This document shows, one piece after another, positions 13,620 through 25,351 of a stretch of DNA of 64,000 bases. The notes beneath the pieces were generated by a model. That model searched no databases, was not told the origin of the DNA, and was given only the letters and a program-made list of their open reading frames with translations. Each line of letters begins with the position of its first letter. The first letter of the stretch is position 1. The stretch spans positions 108,378,001 through 108,442,000 of the forward strand of contig NC_087437.1 of assembly GCF_036321535.1 (NCBI RefSeq), given 5' to 3'. The DNA is from Camelus dromedarius (taxonomy: Eukaryota). Position numbers and translations under genes: made by a program.

Positions 13620-14115
13620 CAGTACTTAAATCAGCCAGATTCGAAAAAAGAAAGAGTGGCACTCTCAGACTGGATCATTCCAGGGGAGGTTAATAAAAGA
13701 ACTATTTCCAAAGATGTGGACAAAACCAAAAATGGTAGTGCGGTACCCCATAAGAACAAGAGTGAAGAGCTCTCACCACTCCCAGATCTAAAGGAGGAAG
13801 AATAGAGTGAGGTTCTCAGAACCCAGAAAGGTGATTGGAAAGAGAAAGCCATTGAACAGGAGCTGTGGCCTTTGGTAAGTGGGGCAGCCAACCCGTGGTG
13901 ACCCAGCCAGTAGGGAGCAGCAGAGTAAATACCCCACCTTCACACCTCTGTCTGCCTCAGACCTCTTGCCTGGGCCCAATTAATAGGCCCAAAGCAACTG
14001 GAAGCAAGAAGACAAGGAAACTTTTTTGATATAAGCCATACTGGTCAGCCCCAGGGGTGAAGTAGGGAGGGACAGATGAAGAATGATCTGGAGGGAAAGG
14101 GAAGACACTTAGTAC
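13620..14115 (-). mobile_element. ERVL LTR33-like solo LTR
   Basis: 'gtggcactctcagactggatcatt..ggggaggttaataaaagaactatttccaaagatgtgg'; ends 'gatctggagggaaagggaagacacttagtaca'. Confidence 0.7.
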
Positions 14116-14185
14116 AAAGCTCCATGAGGGTGGAGACCATGGGTTTTGTTGGATGTTGACCCCACAGCCTAGTCAATACCTGGCT

Positions 14186-14656
14186 ATATTAATTTCCTAA
14201 GGATTCAGTAACCAATTACCATGAACTGGTGGCTTAAAGTGAAAGAAATTTATTCTCTCATGGCTCTTAGGGTAGGAGTTTGAAATCAACATGTTGGCAG
14301 GGCCTTGAAGGCATGCTCCCCTTGAAGCGTCTAGGAGAGAATCCTCCCTTGCTTTTTCCTAGCTTCTAATGGTGGCCCTTGATCCTTGCGTTCCTTGCCT
14401 TGTGGGAGTATAACTCCAGTGTCTGCCTCCATCATCACATGGAGTCCTCCTCTCTGTGTGAGTCTGAATCCGAATTTCCCTCTTCTTATAAGGACATCAG
14501 ACATTGGATTAGGGGCCTAATCTCCCCCAGTATGACTATCTAAACTTAACTAATTACACCTGCAACAATCCTATTTCCAAATAATGTCACATTCTGAGGT
14601 CCCAGAAGTTAGAACTTCAATGTATCTTTTAGGGGGACACAGTTCAATCCATTCCA
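14186..14656 (-). mobile_element. MaLR LTR MLT1B/C-like, interrupting an L2 3' end (~14116-14185 and ~14657-14690)
   Basis: 'ggtggcttaaa...gaaatttattctctca', 'ttataaggacatcagacattggattaggg', 'tcacattctgagg', 'gggggacacagttcaatcca'. Confidence 0.8.
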
Positions 14657-15099
14657 TTGGTAGATATCAAGAAATTTATGGAATAAATGGCACATTATCC
14701 CATACAACATAAAACAAACAACATTTTTTAAAACAAACTTTGTTGCACATTAGCTAAGGTATGAAGGTAGGGATGTGTATAGCATATTGCCTCCTTCCTG
14801 GAACTCAGATTATAGTAGAGGAAATAGATACATGAAAAATTAGGCAAGCAGAGAACAATGTGAGCCTGGGGCAGACAGAGACCCCCAAAAGGCAAGTTAT
14901 CAATGCTGGGCAAGTCTTACATCAGAATAAATTTAATCATAGTTATCAGGGCTCACAGTGTCAGATTTCTAGGTTCTGAGAAAACCAACAAGGCCGTGGA
15001 TCCATCCTGATCTCAGAAAATTTCCTAGAGAGCAAATTAGCCTTGGGGAATAAAAAAATGAGAGAAACTCAATTATTAGATGTGGAATAATAATAATAA

Positions 15100-15330
15100 T
15101 GGTAATAATGATAATGATTACTGCTGTCCAGTTTATAGAGCATCTCATTATAACAACTCAACAGTCAGCATTGGGGAGAAGACAATACAGATAAAGAAAT
15201 TTACAGAGGAAATAAATTTAAATGAAGAATATTGTGACTTTCTCCACATCATACCACCAAATAGTGGGAATCGTCAAGACTCAAACCCAGGTCTTATGAA
15301 TAAGACTCAGAATTTTCCTTCTATACATCG
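15100..15330 (-). mobile_element. MIR SINE (diverged)
   Basis: 'ctcattataacaactc...acagataaagaaattta...gactcaaacccaggtct'. Confidence 0.5.
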
Positions 15331-16064
15331 TAAGATGGAAGTTTGGACAAAAGACACAAAGCAAAAAGAGCCTAATTTAGGAGCACTGATAACAACATCA
15401 GAATAGGACCAACTGTAAGGCAAAAGCCTATGATGTGAAGGTGTTTGACTCTCAGAGAAAGATTATGTCCCCAAGGTGAAAGAATTAACTAAGTGAGTTA
15501 TGTGGCACTAGCCATAACAGAAATGAGGACAATCACCATTATAAGCATATATAAAGTCAAGGGAGTGAGCATGGTCTGAACATTGTAAAAAGGAACTTTC
15601 TAAAATAAGAGGAATATTTTCTTGAAACTTTTGGTTGACAACTGTCAATTCTCTCTTGGCATGTAGAGTACACAATGAGAAGGTCTGGTGGCATAGGCTC
15701 CAGGGAGTAGCCTCCCATGTGTTCATATGAGGAAGAGAGAATTTGTTTTTCTCATGTAATCTGTCAGAGGCTGCTCTTAGACAAGATTATGATACATTGG
15801 CATGACCTTAACACTGAAATGGAAAAACTGAACCAAACTCACTTCAAGGGAAACTGGGGCTGAGCAAAGTTTCACAATAATGTCACTCCTATAATGCATC
15901 ATTTACGTGACACAAAACATGAGATTCCATGACATTCTAGAACACTAAATTACCTCCCACTTCCTCTACGTTTCTCCCCACAACACACAGAAACATTCAC
16001 ACCAACTGCCCTTTAACTGTAACTATGTACTGAGAATAGAAAGGAAGTGGGTGAGTGTTTAAAC

Positions 16065-16860
16065 ATTTTTTTTACTGAAGTATAGTTGACTTACAATATT
16101 ACACTAGTCTCAGGTGTACAACACAGTGATTTAATATTTTTGTAGATTACACACGTACAAAGTTATTATAATGTTATTGACTATGTGTCCTGTGCTATAC
16201 ATCTGTATGTAATATATATTAAAAAGAAGGATTTTTAGCATATGCAACTTTAATAAACCAAAAGAAAAAGTCCCAAATGTACAAGTGAAAAAATATCCAA
16301 AATGTTGACACAGGCTTAACTAGTATCAGTTACTTTTACGTGCAGCTGTATAAGTTCAAAAAGCTATCCTATATGTATGTACAAAAGTTGTTTATACATA
16401 CCCCATTTATTTTATAACTAGTAGCTTGTACCTCTCAATCCTCTTCACCTATTTTGCCCAACCCCCAACTCCCCTCCCCTCCAGCAACCACTGTTTGTTC
16501 TCTGTATCTGTGGGTCTGGTTTTTTTCTATGTTTGTTTTGGTCTTTAGATTCCACATATAAGAGAAAACATACTGTATCTGTCTTTCTCCACCTGATTTA
16601 TTTCACTTAACAGAATATCCTTCCAGTCCATCCATGTTGTCACAAATATTAAGATTTCATTCTTTTTTATGCCTGAGTAATATTCCATTGTGTACATATA
16701 CCTCATCTTGTTTATCCATTCATCTATCAATGGACACTTAGGTTGCTTTCATATCTTGGCTACTGTAAATACTGCTGTAATGAGCATTGGGGTGCATATA
16801 TCTTTTCAAAATAGTGGTTTTGTTTCCTTCAAACACTCAGAAGTGGAATTGCTGGATTGT
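16065..16860 (-). mobile_element. Older L1 3' fragment (ORF2 C-terminus plus 3' UTR) containing a 190-bp foreign insert
   Basis: ORF 16545-16730 MIDEWINKMRYMYTMEYYSGIKKNEILIFVTTWMD... is the L1 ORF2 C-terminus; the 3' end appears as 'tttttactgaagtatagttgacttacaata'. Confidence 0.9.
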
Positions 16861-18929
16861 AAATATTCTTTTTACATTTATATGTATGTGTATAAGCATC
16901 TGTGAATGTAAGTCTTAGCTTTCCTGCTTTCCTAGGTGGTAGGATCTCTTGACTGATAGAATGATCCCAATAACAATACAGAAAAAATAGCTACAAATAA
17001 GATACAGGCTTCTTACTTGGGAAAACCAAGTATTAAGAATGAACAGAAGTAAAAGAACGGGGGCTTGTCTCAGCAAACTCTCATTAAAAGTGAAGAGCTG
17101 TCGAGAAACGTAGATCTGCAAAAGGATACGAGTATTTGTGAAACCTTCCCTTTACTTTTTGCAACAAATACATATTGCTTTCAAGATAACAAAAATAAAC
17201 ATTTGAAGAAAAAAGCTAATGGAAGGAGGCTCTTTTTAAGAATTACTAACTGAATCAATATCTTTGCTTTTTTGTTTCTCTCCCCTTCCCCTTGCTCGGG
17301 TGCCTCTAAGTAGTGATTGAAGACATAGATTCAAGGGATGCTAATGCTACAATGGACTTAGATGTTATTTACCAGTCCATTGGTTCAAAAAGACTATTTC
17401 CAAAGAATACACTGTTCAAATTAAATAAAAATCCAACGTAAAATACAGCTTTGTCCTGGTTGACATCCACTTGGGTCCTTTTCTCTCCCAGCCTCTATCT
17501 GCAATGCTTCCTAAAGGGATTCTGGGTAACTCCATGCAGAGTACTTGCTTAGTAGAATTTTTCCCATGTTAGAAATGAAAAAAAAAAAAAAAGATGAAGG
17601 GATCCAACATCACGCATGAAGGTAGTACACAGCAGATCAACATTTCTTCCTTGCTTTTTCAGCTCTTAAATTTATCTTCTCATCCCTAATTCATTTGGTA
17701 GCTCTGCAGAATGACTTCCCAGAGGAGGAAGACTGAAAACTGCACCAAATAACTGAAAAGTGACTTACTTTCCTTTTCTTTTATTTCAAGAAATCAAAAC
17801 ACCCGGCTGTGCAATGCACAGCCTTTGAAACTAACATGTAATCACAGAATATTTAATTATGGCCCACTTACTGATAGTATCCGTTTTATGTGAACTGTTA
17901 CGTGGCAACTAAATTTCTCAGATTACCATTTTTTAGAAAGTTCCCCCGAGTGCGTCAATGGCAAGGGATCCATTTTCCAAACCTGTCTTATTTCCTTAGT
18001 GAGTCAGTCTCTCAAAGCTTATTTTGTAGTCATTGTTTGTATTATAAAAGTAATTAATCCCTAAAGGAAGAAGAACAACTACATGTAGTCTCTATGAAAT
18101 TCCTAGCCTAAAAAGTCATTGCAAATGGCTTGCTTTCCTAAGCATTGCTTAATACTACCTAACTATGACTAGCACTGCACAAAATTATAGAACACATGGG
18201 AGAAGACTATGGCAACAGCGGAGCTTGGAAAAATATGTGTATTGGAAGGAAACAGTATAATGCTGGTGAGCAATGAAAAGAATAATCTTGAAAAAAATAA
18301 AAGGAGCATATGAGAGTTTGGTGTATTGTGCTTTTCCAAACGTATGGCTTTATTTAGCAAACGTGGGGCGGTCTTTATTTTTTCCATTATTATTACTCGT
18401 GTGTCAGCAGGCATAGCTTAGCCTTCTCCTTCTTAGGTCTGACGCTGAGTCAACATTTAGCATCCAAACCGCACAGAAACTATTTTTTCCCTTAGAAAGT
18501 GCTCATCTGATGACTTAATAAAAGTATTTTAATGGTTGGAAAGAGAAAAAACATGTTTGCCTTATTCTTTCAGATTGAAAGCTGCTAAAGTTTTCTAGAA
18601 AACACTCATGTCAGCAACATCCAAAAAGGAGAAGGTTTGGGGATGTAATCTATCTGACTCTGGGTTACTCCTACCATTCCTGTACTTGAAAGCCAGAGTG
18701 ATCTATTCAGATGCAGAACAGAAATTACTACAAGAAATGGCGCACAGGTGGCCATTTCTTACAGGATGCTGACTGCTGACTTCTAGGTGACTTCCTGCAC
18801 CTTGGACTTTGCATTTACCAAATTGTCCTGAAGTCAGGACAGTTGACCACTGAGGCAATTTCAGTAAAAGCAAAGCAAGAAAGAGTGAAAGACTATAGCA
18901 TTGAAGTCATGAGTAATAACAACACTACC

Positions 18930-19170
18930 ACTAGTAGTAAGAGCAGAAGCTTTTTAACATTTACTGTATTGCAGCCACTAAGCTAAGCACTGCATGCATT
19001 GTTTTCCTACTCTCACAACAACCCCTTCATCTCTGTTTTGCAGATGTGGAAAGTGGAAGCTTAGGAAAGTTAGGTAATTCATCCAAGTTCGCAGAGCTAG
19101 TAAATCACAGAGCCAGTATTAGGAGTCTGTTTTTCCCCCACCCCCAAAATCCAGTACTCTGTCTGTAATC
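18930..19170 (-). mobile_element. MIR SINE
   Basis: 'aacatttactgtattgc..ctaagcact...ctcacaacaaccc...tgttttgcagatgtggaaagtg...ttaggtaattcatccaag..cagagctagtaaat'. Confidence 0.7.
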
Positions 19171-20789
19171 AGTACATAATGCCACGTACATCTCTGAAGA
19201 GAAGGAGTTGGACCAGACAGATGATCTGTAAATTCCAGGTGAACTCTTTCAAGCTTTTAATTTCATACCAACAATCGTCTTCCAAATCTCTACTAGGAGA
19301 GAAATAGTTCATCGTCTCTTACCACACATGGGAGCACAGTCAGCAACAGCAACTTTTCCAGTCTCATTTCTCAAAGCATCCCATTCCTCTGTAACCCATG
19401 TTCCAAGTGAACTGAGTATCATGCTCCACATGAGCCATTTCTGAATACTTTTCGCCTCTCTGACTTTGTATTCACTGCCCTGTTTTGCTATTCTCACTAG
19501 TTTCTACCTTCTCACACCCGTACCTACCAAAAGCCAAATTAGACTATAATTTTCAGACTAAATACACTTTCTCCACAAAGCTTTCTTGTTAAACAACATA
19601 TGCTGTATGCACAATTTCCAATTAGCAGCCATGTCCATCCCACGAGATATTCTAGACTTCTTTTTTATGAACCACCCATGCAGGCACCACACATTCATAA
19701 GGCACAAAACTATCTAATACCTCTGTGTGCCCATTATGGAGGTAGGTTATCCCCTCACACCCCTCAACCTAGCCCCACATTCATTTGAGTCAAGTACAGC
19801 CAATGAGGTCATAATGCACTGCTTATTTGCATTCTATCCAAATCAGGCAATTTTTTTTTAATTTTAGTTTCATGTAGTTTGCTTCTAAAATCTCAATCAG
19901 ATGTATGTCTCCCTTAATAAGCAAAACTATTGAATGTAAAAAAAAAAAAAGAATTTGATGTTTAAGTCCAAGGACAATCGACCTCTTTAGCCCTACAGAC
20001 AACACTGAGTACAAAAAAGACTAACTGGTAACATCACAAATCCTTGGTGGACCTAAAATTTAAGTAAGGAGAAAGGAAACACAATGTAGACAAAGACAAA
20101 AGTAGAAAGGGTGAGAGTAGAAACTTACAAAATAAAGATGAGTGTATGCTGAGAATGAAAGGTCCTTCGTGAGCAGGTAGATTCCATGTACAATAAGACA
20201 TACTCAAGGAACTCATTTCCCATGGAAGAAATTGCCATTGGATCTATACTTCAAAATGCAAAGTGTGACAGAATGGCTTTTAAACACTTTAACCTAGAGA
20301 GAAAAACACAGACAAAGGCATTCCAGTATAAAGAATACACTTCTCAAATTTGGGAGTAGGCTGAAGAGTTGCCCCTAAACTAAGAGTTAGTTGACCTAGA
20401 GCCAGAACTAACTAACCCATGACCTGGTCAACTGCATGTGGTTTTGTGGTTGCCTCAAGAATTCTCCCAGGCCAGTGGTAACTGATTCCAAAAATCATGC
20501 TGTAATAAGTTGAAAATATATCTGTCCTTCACACTGCTGACCTTTGATTCTTTCACTCATATTTAACCCTTTGATCTTCAATTATAAATCCCACCTAATA
20601 GAGCTGGTTAAATAAGAAAACCTTGCTTACTTATGGAAAATAATAAAGAAGTTGCTCAGTGCCACTCAAATTATGGTATATTTGATTTTCTGTGAAGTTC
20701 AGGTAAAATCACCATGAAAAGACCCAAAATAAACAGACTTGCTCAGACACAAAGAGCAAAACAAACTGCAGGAATGTTAGGGCCTAAGC

Positions 20790-20972
20790 CAGATGTTCTC
20801 GAGATTTGTAATTATTTAGAATCACCCGGGGGGCACAAAAAAGAACTGATTTCTGGGTCTCCACCCTCAGACCAATTATATCGGACATTCTGGGATTGGA
20901 CTTGGACATCAGTTTTCTTTGAAAGGTTCTCAAGTGATTGTAGCAGGCAACAGGTTAGGTAGAGAACCACTA
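20790..20972. mobile_element. MER5-family hAT-Charlie MITE
   Basis: 'cagatgttctc...ttagaatcacc...ctccaccctcagacca...ttctcaagtgatt...gagaaccact' with terminal inverted repeats. Confidence 0.7.
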
Positions 20973-21019
20973 GCCTCCCTATTTGCTTATGAGAAGGCAG
21001 TGGGGTGGTGGAAGGGAAT

Positions 21020-21200
21020 TTGCCCATAGACGGGAACTCAAGCTCAAATTACACAAGATGCCACTTGTGTGGTTGTGGGTGAGTGAATCAGCCTCTCTAT
21101 TCTTCATTTCCTTCATCCTTAATATGGAGGATAAATATTTTCCCTCAGGCCCCCTCTGGGGTTGTTTGAGGATCAAAAATCACAGAGTGGCTTGCAAGTG
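21020..21200 (+). mobile_element. MIR SINE fragment
   Basis: 'gccacttgtgtg...cctctctattcttcatttccttcatc...gttgtttgaggatcaaa'. Confidence 0.5.
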
Positions 21201-22388
21201 GTGAGCATGAGTAAGCCAGGGCTCCCTCCCAACTTGGACGTTCTCTTTCTCACTCTGCTATTGATCTAATAGAAGCCCTCAGTAACTAAATTGTTTCTTC
21301 CCTCCATTTTACCAGATACTGCTCTCTGGTGAAAAAAAAAAAAAAACAAATAGTGGTTATTCATTTTTAGGGATATTGTAAAATAAATATTTGCAAGTTT
21401 CTTCATTCTCCACTCAAGTTTTAATGCATCTATTAGCAACCATCTAAAAATATGTCTTAGATTATCTACCATGCAGCAGTAGAACATTTACCCTTAAAAA
21501 TAGTAATCCCCACATAAAAATAGACCTTTTATAACCGAATCTATTAGTTTATTCTCTCATATAAAGGACCACTTTGGAAATCAGAAAAAAAAATCATAAT
21601 TCCTAATCCTTAATTTTTTTCTTCACTTGTGTCCATTTGTCGAGGGATCAATTGGAATGTCTAAAACTTTCAGAAAGAGAGTATGATAAAGAAAATCATA
21701 CAAACGAGTTAAGAGTGACCATTATGGACATGTGGGCATGACCTTGGACTTCGTGGGCATAAAAAATTGGTAACTGCATTGGAGAAAAATACAAACCCAG
21801 AGTCTGCGTCACTTGCAGACTTCTTACCAGAACTCTGCCATTGACACAACCACACAACCACCATTTTGCACAATTTCTCATATTCATGGTTTGTTTCAGG
21901 AGATACTCTTCAAGCAGCCAAACCATGCAGTGGCCACCTGTGTCATGTGGACCATAATTCACTATTGATTCTGATTATTGAAAGCAGATGCTATATTCCC
22001 ATAGAACTATTCTAGTGAAATGTCCTAATCATTGAATGGAAGTATTTAGTAGCAGACTTTGTTCTGATATAACCCAATAAAGTCTTTCTGGATCATGACA
22101 TCCTTATTTGTTAGGAGACATAGGGAGGTAGGGTGGAGGAGGAATATGCAAGTGTTATTACTGCTGACTGCTAATATTTTGCCCTGTTATCTCCCTCCTA
22201 TCCTTCAAAAGCTATATGAATTTTATATGATTTATATGAATTGTTTTAATGTTTCTAGTGTCCAAAAAGAGATTAGGTGTAATAATTATTCGGCTCAACT
22301 ACCAAACTTAGTACCAGACAATGTGTGAAATATTGGAGATAAGATAAATAAGACATCATTCCTGCCTCAAGGACTTTACAGTCTAGAA

Positions 22389-22612
22389 TAAGGGTTCTCA
22401 ACCTCAGGGCTACCGATACTCAGGTAAGTCTTTGTTGTGGAGAACTGTCCTGTACGTGGTAGGATGTTTCATATCACCCCTGGCCCCTACTCACTGGATG
22501 TCACTAACATCTCTTACCCTTGATCCAGCATTGTGACAATGAAAAATGTCTCCACACATTGCTGGCTGTCTTTGGCAGGGAAGGCAAAATCGCCTCCAAC
22601 TAAAGACTACTG
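22389..22612 (+). mobile_element. MER20 hAT-Charlie MITE inserted in an L2 fragment
   Basis: 'gttctcaacc...ctttgttgtggagaactgtcctgt...tgtgacaatgaaaaatgtctccacacattg'; 8-bp TSD gtctagaa (22381-22388) / gtttagaa (22613-22620). Confidence 0.85.
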
Positions 22613-23929
22613 GTTTAGAAGGAGGAAGTAGATATTGAAAATGCAATGAATGACACGAGTACAATAATAGAAAAAAATACATAGCATAAAATTGAGGCGA
22701 AGCAAAGTGTCAGGAAATGCTTTGAGCAGAAAAAGGATCAGGAGTGTGATCACAGACCTTCTTTCTGACCAAGCATATTTGCTGTTTCTATTGCAAAGCT
22801 ATCTAGGATGGGGGTGACAGGCATTGTGTGAGGTGGTCTCCTCTTAGAACCCTAAATGGGAACTTCCTATTTGGCTTATCCATCCTACCCTTCCCTGGAT
22901 TGAAAGGGATAGTTTTCAAATATCCCTTTCAGTTTATTTTCCCCCCAGATGAAAAATATTCCAATGCTGTATCCTCTTCTTGCCTGCAGCTCAGTAAATT
23001 TATTTGCTCTTGCAGATTATTGCAAGCATGGTTAAGCAGAAGGAAAGTTTGAAATAAAATTCTTGAATTTCCCTCTGTTCCTGCATGGCAGGAGGGTGGC
23101 TCAGAAGTCCTCATGTGCCATGTGGAGGTTTCCAAGGGCAGAAATACTAAGAGCTGGTGAGACTACAGTGGACCATCAATATAGCATGAGGCTAAAGTTC
23201 AAAGGGCTCTCAGAGCCTGTAAGAGTCAAGGTGGTGTCAAGTCAGCAAGAAAGGAATACTGAGAGCGTCCTTACTGGGAGAAACAGAGATCAGAGAAGAA
23301 ATCTGGAATGCTAGACATAAACCTAAAAGAAATGAAATGACCTCCAATAAATTACATAGAAAAAAAAAAACTGAAATAGCATTAAAAGCATGTTAGGATT
23401 CCTCATTAGAATAGGGAATCATTGAGGAAGACGCTATCAGCTGTGGAAAATGAATAAGCTCCATATTCTTTGTCTATCTTCCTTTTGGTATGAAGACTTT
23501 CTATTCCACTACACAAGAACTTTGAGATTGGAAATAAAAATTCTGCAGGACTGCAAGCAAAGTGGTTTAATTAAGGTCTGGGTACTCAGAGAAGAACACA
23601 TATAATTTTGAACAGACATTGGGGAATGACTAGGAAGTACCCTGTTGAAGAGAGGACAAAGGAGTGTTCTGGCGAAAGGAATGGATGTCAGAAGCCCCAG
23701 ATGTGAAGGAAATTCAGGTGAATTTGAGAAGTAGAATATATACATACAGTGTTTCTAAAGTGAAGAGAGACATACTAGTCAATATTTATTCAGGGTGAAT
23801 TATATTTCATGAACTAAGCTAAATTCTTTATGAACATTATCTTGGTGAATTTTCATAACAAGCTAACAAGGTAGGAGGTTATAGTTTCCCTACGATTTAG
23901 CTATTATTATCATCAACTTCATCGTCATA

Positions 23930-24440
23930 GTCAGATTTGTGTTTTAGAAAGTGTACAGGTAAAAGAATGAGGAAATGGATTAAGAAAAACAAATTAATTT
24001 TTCCTAGGGTGTGCAGTGCAGTGCACACCCTAGGAAAAATTGAAGTTCCAGACTATGGCATTAGTTCTTGAAATGGAAAAGAAGGGAAGGATTCATGAGT
24101 TTGTTCAATGGTTGAAAAAGACTGATGCAAGCAACACGTTTTTAAAGTTTAAAAGGGAAAGGAGTTGAATGAAGCCAAAGCTTTGACCATGGAGAACAAA
24201 TAGCAAATTACTACCACCAGGAGATGAGCAATAGGAGGGAGAAGGTCCAGCTGGGGGACACCAGGATGTGGAAAGGTAGTCAGTGAAATGAGGAGTTAAG
24301 ATTTGCACTGCTGAGTGTGAGGTACCAGCAGGTAGTTTGAGATTGGAGACTAGAGCTTTGCAATAAAAGATGTCCAAAGACATCAGTTCAGACGACTTTC
24401 ACCTTGAGGTAAAAGTTGAGGTCCCAAGAGTGAATAAACG
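23930..24440 (-). mobile_element. L2 internal fragment, contains a 46-bp palindrome
   Basis: 'gtcagatttgtgttttagaaag', 'gagttaagatttgcactgctgagtgtgaggtacc', 'ggtagtttgagattggagactagagct'. Confidence 0.5.
23996..24041. repeat. Inverted repeat: perfect 20-bp arms, 6-nt spacer
   Basis: aatttttcctagggtgtgca-gtgcag-tgcacaccctaggaaaaatt. Confidence 0.97.
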
Positions 24441-24825
24441 ATGGGAAAGAAAAGACAAATTAAAACAATTACTGACAGTTTGACTGAAAAAAGCGTCCCA
24501 TAGCATACATGCATAAGTCCACCCTATCTCACTTTCTGCTCAAACATTAACAATTCCAAGAACAAAACCAATACTGCTTTTGGTGATGTTTGCACGTAAC
24601 GGGCCAGGACAAGTGACCATGATCTTAATACTGATTCTAGAGAGAATAAGCTTTATTCTCTCTCAATACTCCTATGAGAGCCATATGTTACATTATCCTA
24701 CCATCGTGGCCATGGTCCTGACTTTCTTACTTATTTCTTAGACCATGTACTAAATAAGGTGGGAGCTTGGAGAGGGAAGCATGAATGTTTAAGTGTTGCT
24801 GGGGCAAATAAAATAGTGACTTCCC

Positions 24826-25351
24826 AAAACAACCTAAGTGTCCGTTGATAGATGACTGGATAAAGAAGATGTGGTACGTGTATACAATGGAGTATTACTC
24901 AGCCATAAAAAGAATGAATTAATGTCATCTGCAGTAACATGGATGGACCTAGAGATTTTCATACTAAGTGAAGTCAAACAGAGAAAGACAATATCATATA
25001 ACATCACTTATATGTGGAACCTTAAAAATGATACAAATGAACTTATTTACAAAATAGAAACAGACTCACAGTCATAGAAAACAAATGTATGATTACCAAA
25101 GGGGAAGTGGGAGGAGGGATAAACTAGGAGTTTGGGATTAATTTGGGATTAACACACTACTGTATATAAAATAGATAAACAACAAGGACCTGCTGTATAG
25201 CACAGGGAACTATATTCAGTATCTTGTAATAACCTGTAATAGAAAAGAATCTGAAAAAAATATATATATTTATATTTATATAACTGAATCACTTTGCTGT
25301 ACACGTGAAACTAACACAACATTGTAAATCAACTATGTTTCATTGAAAAAT
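24826..25351 (+). mobile_element. 5'-truncated L1 (ORF2 end plus 3' UTR)
   Basis: ORF 24871-25077 contains L1-like 'KKNELMSSAVTWMDLEIFILSEV'; TSD aaatagtgacttccc (24811-24825) / aaatagtgtcctccc (25352-25366), 2 mismatches. Confidence 0.92.
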
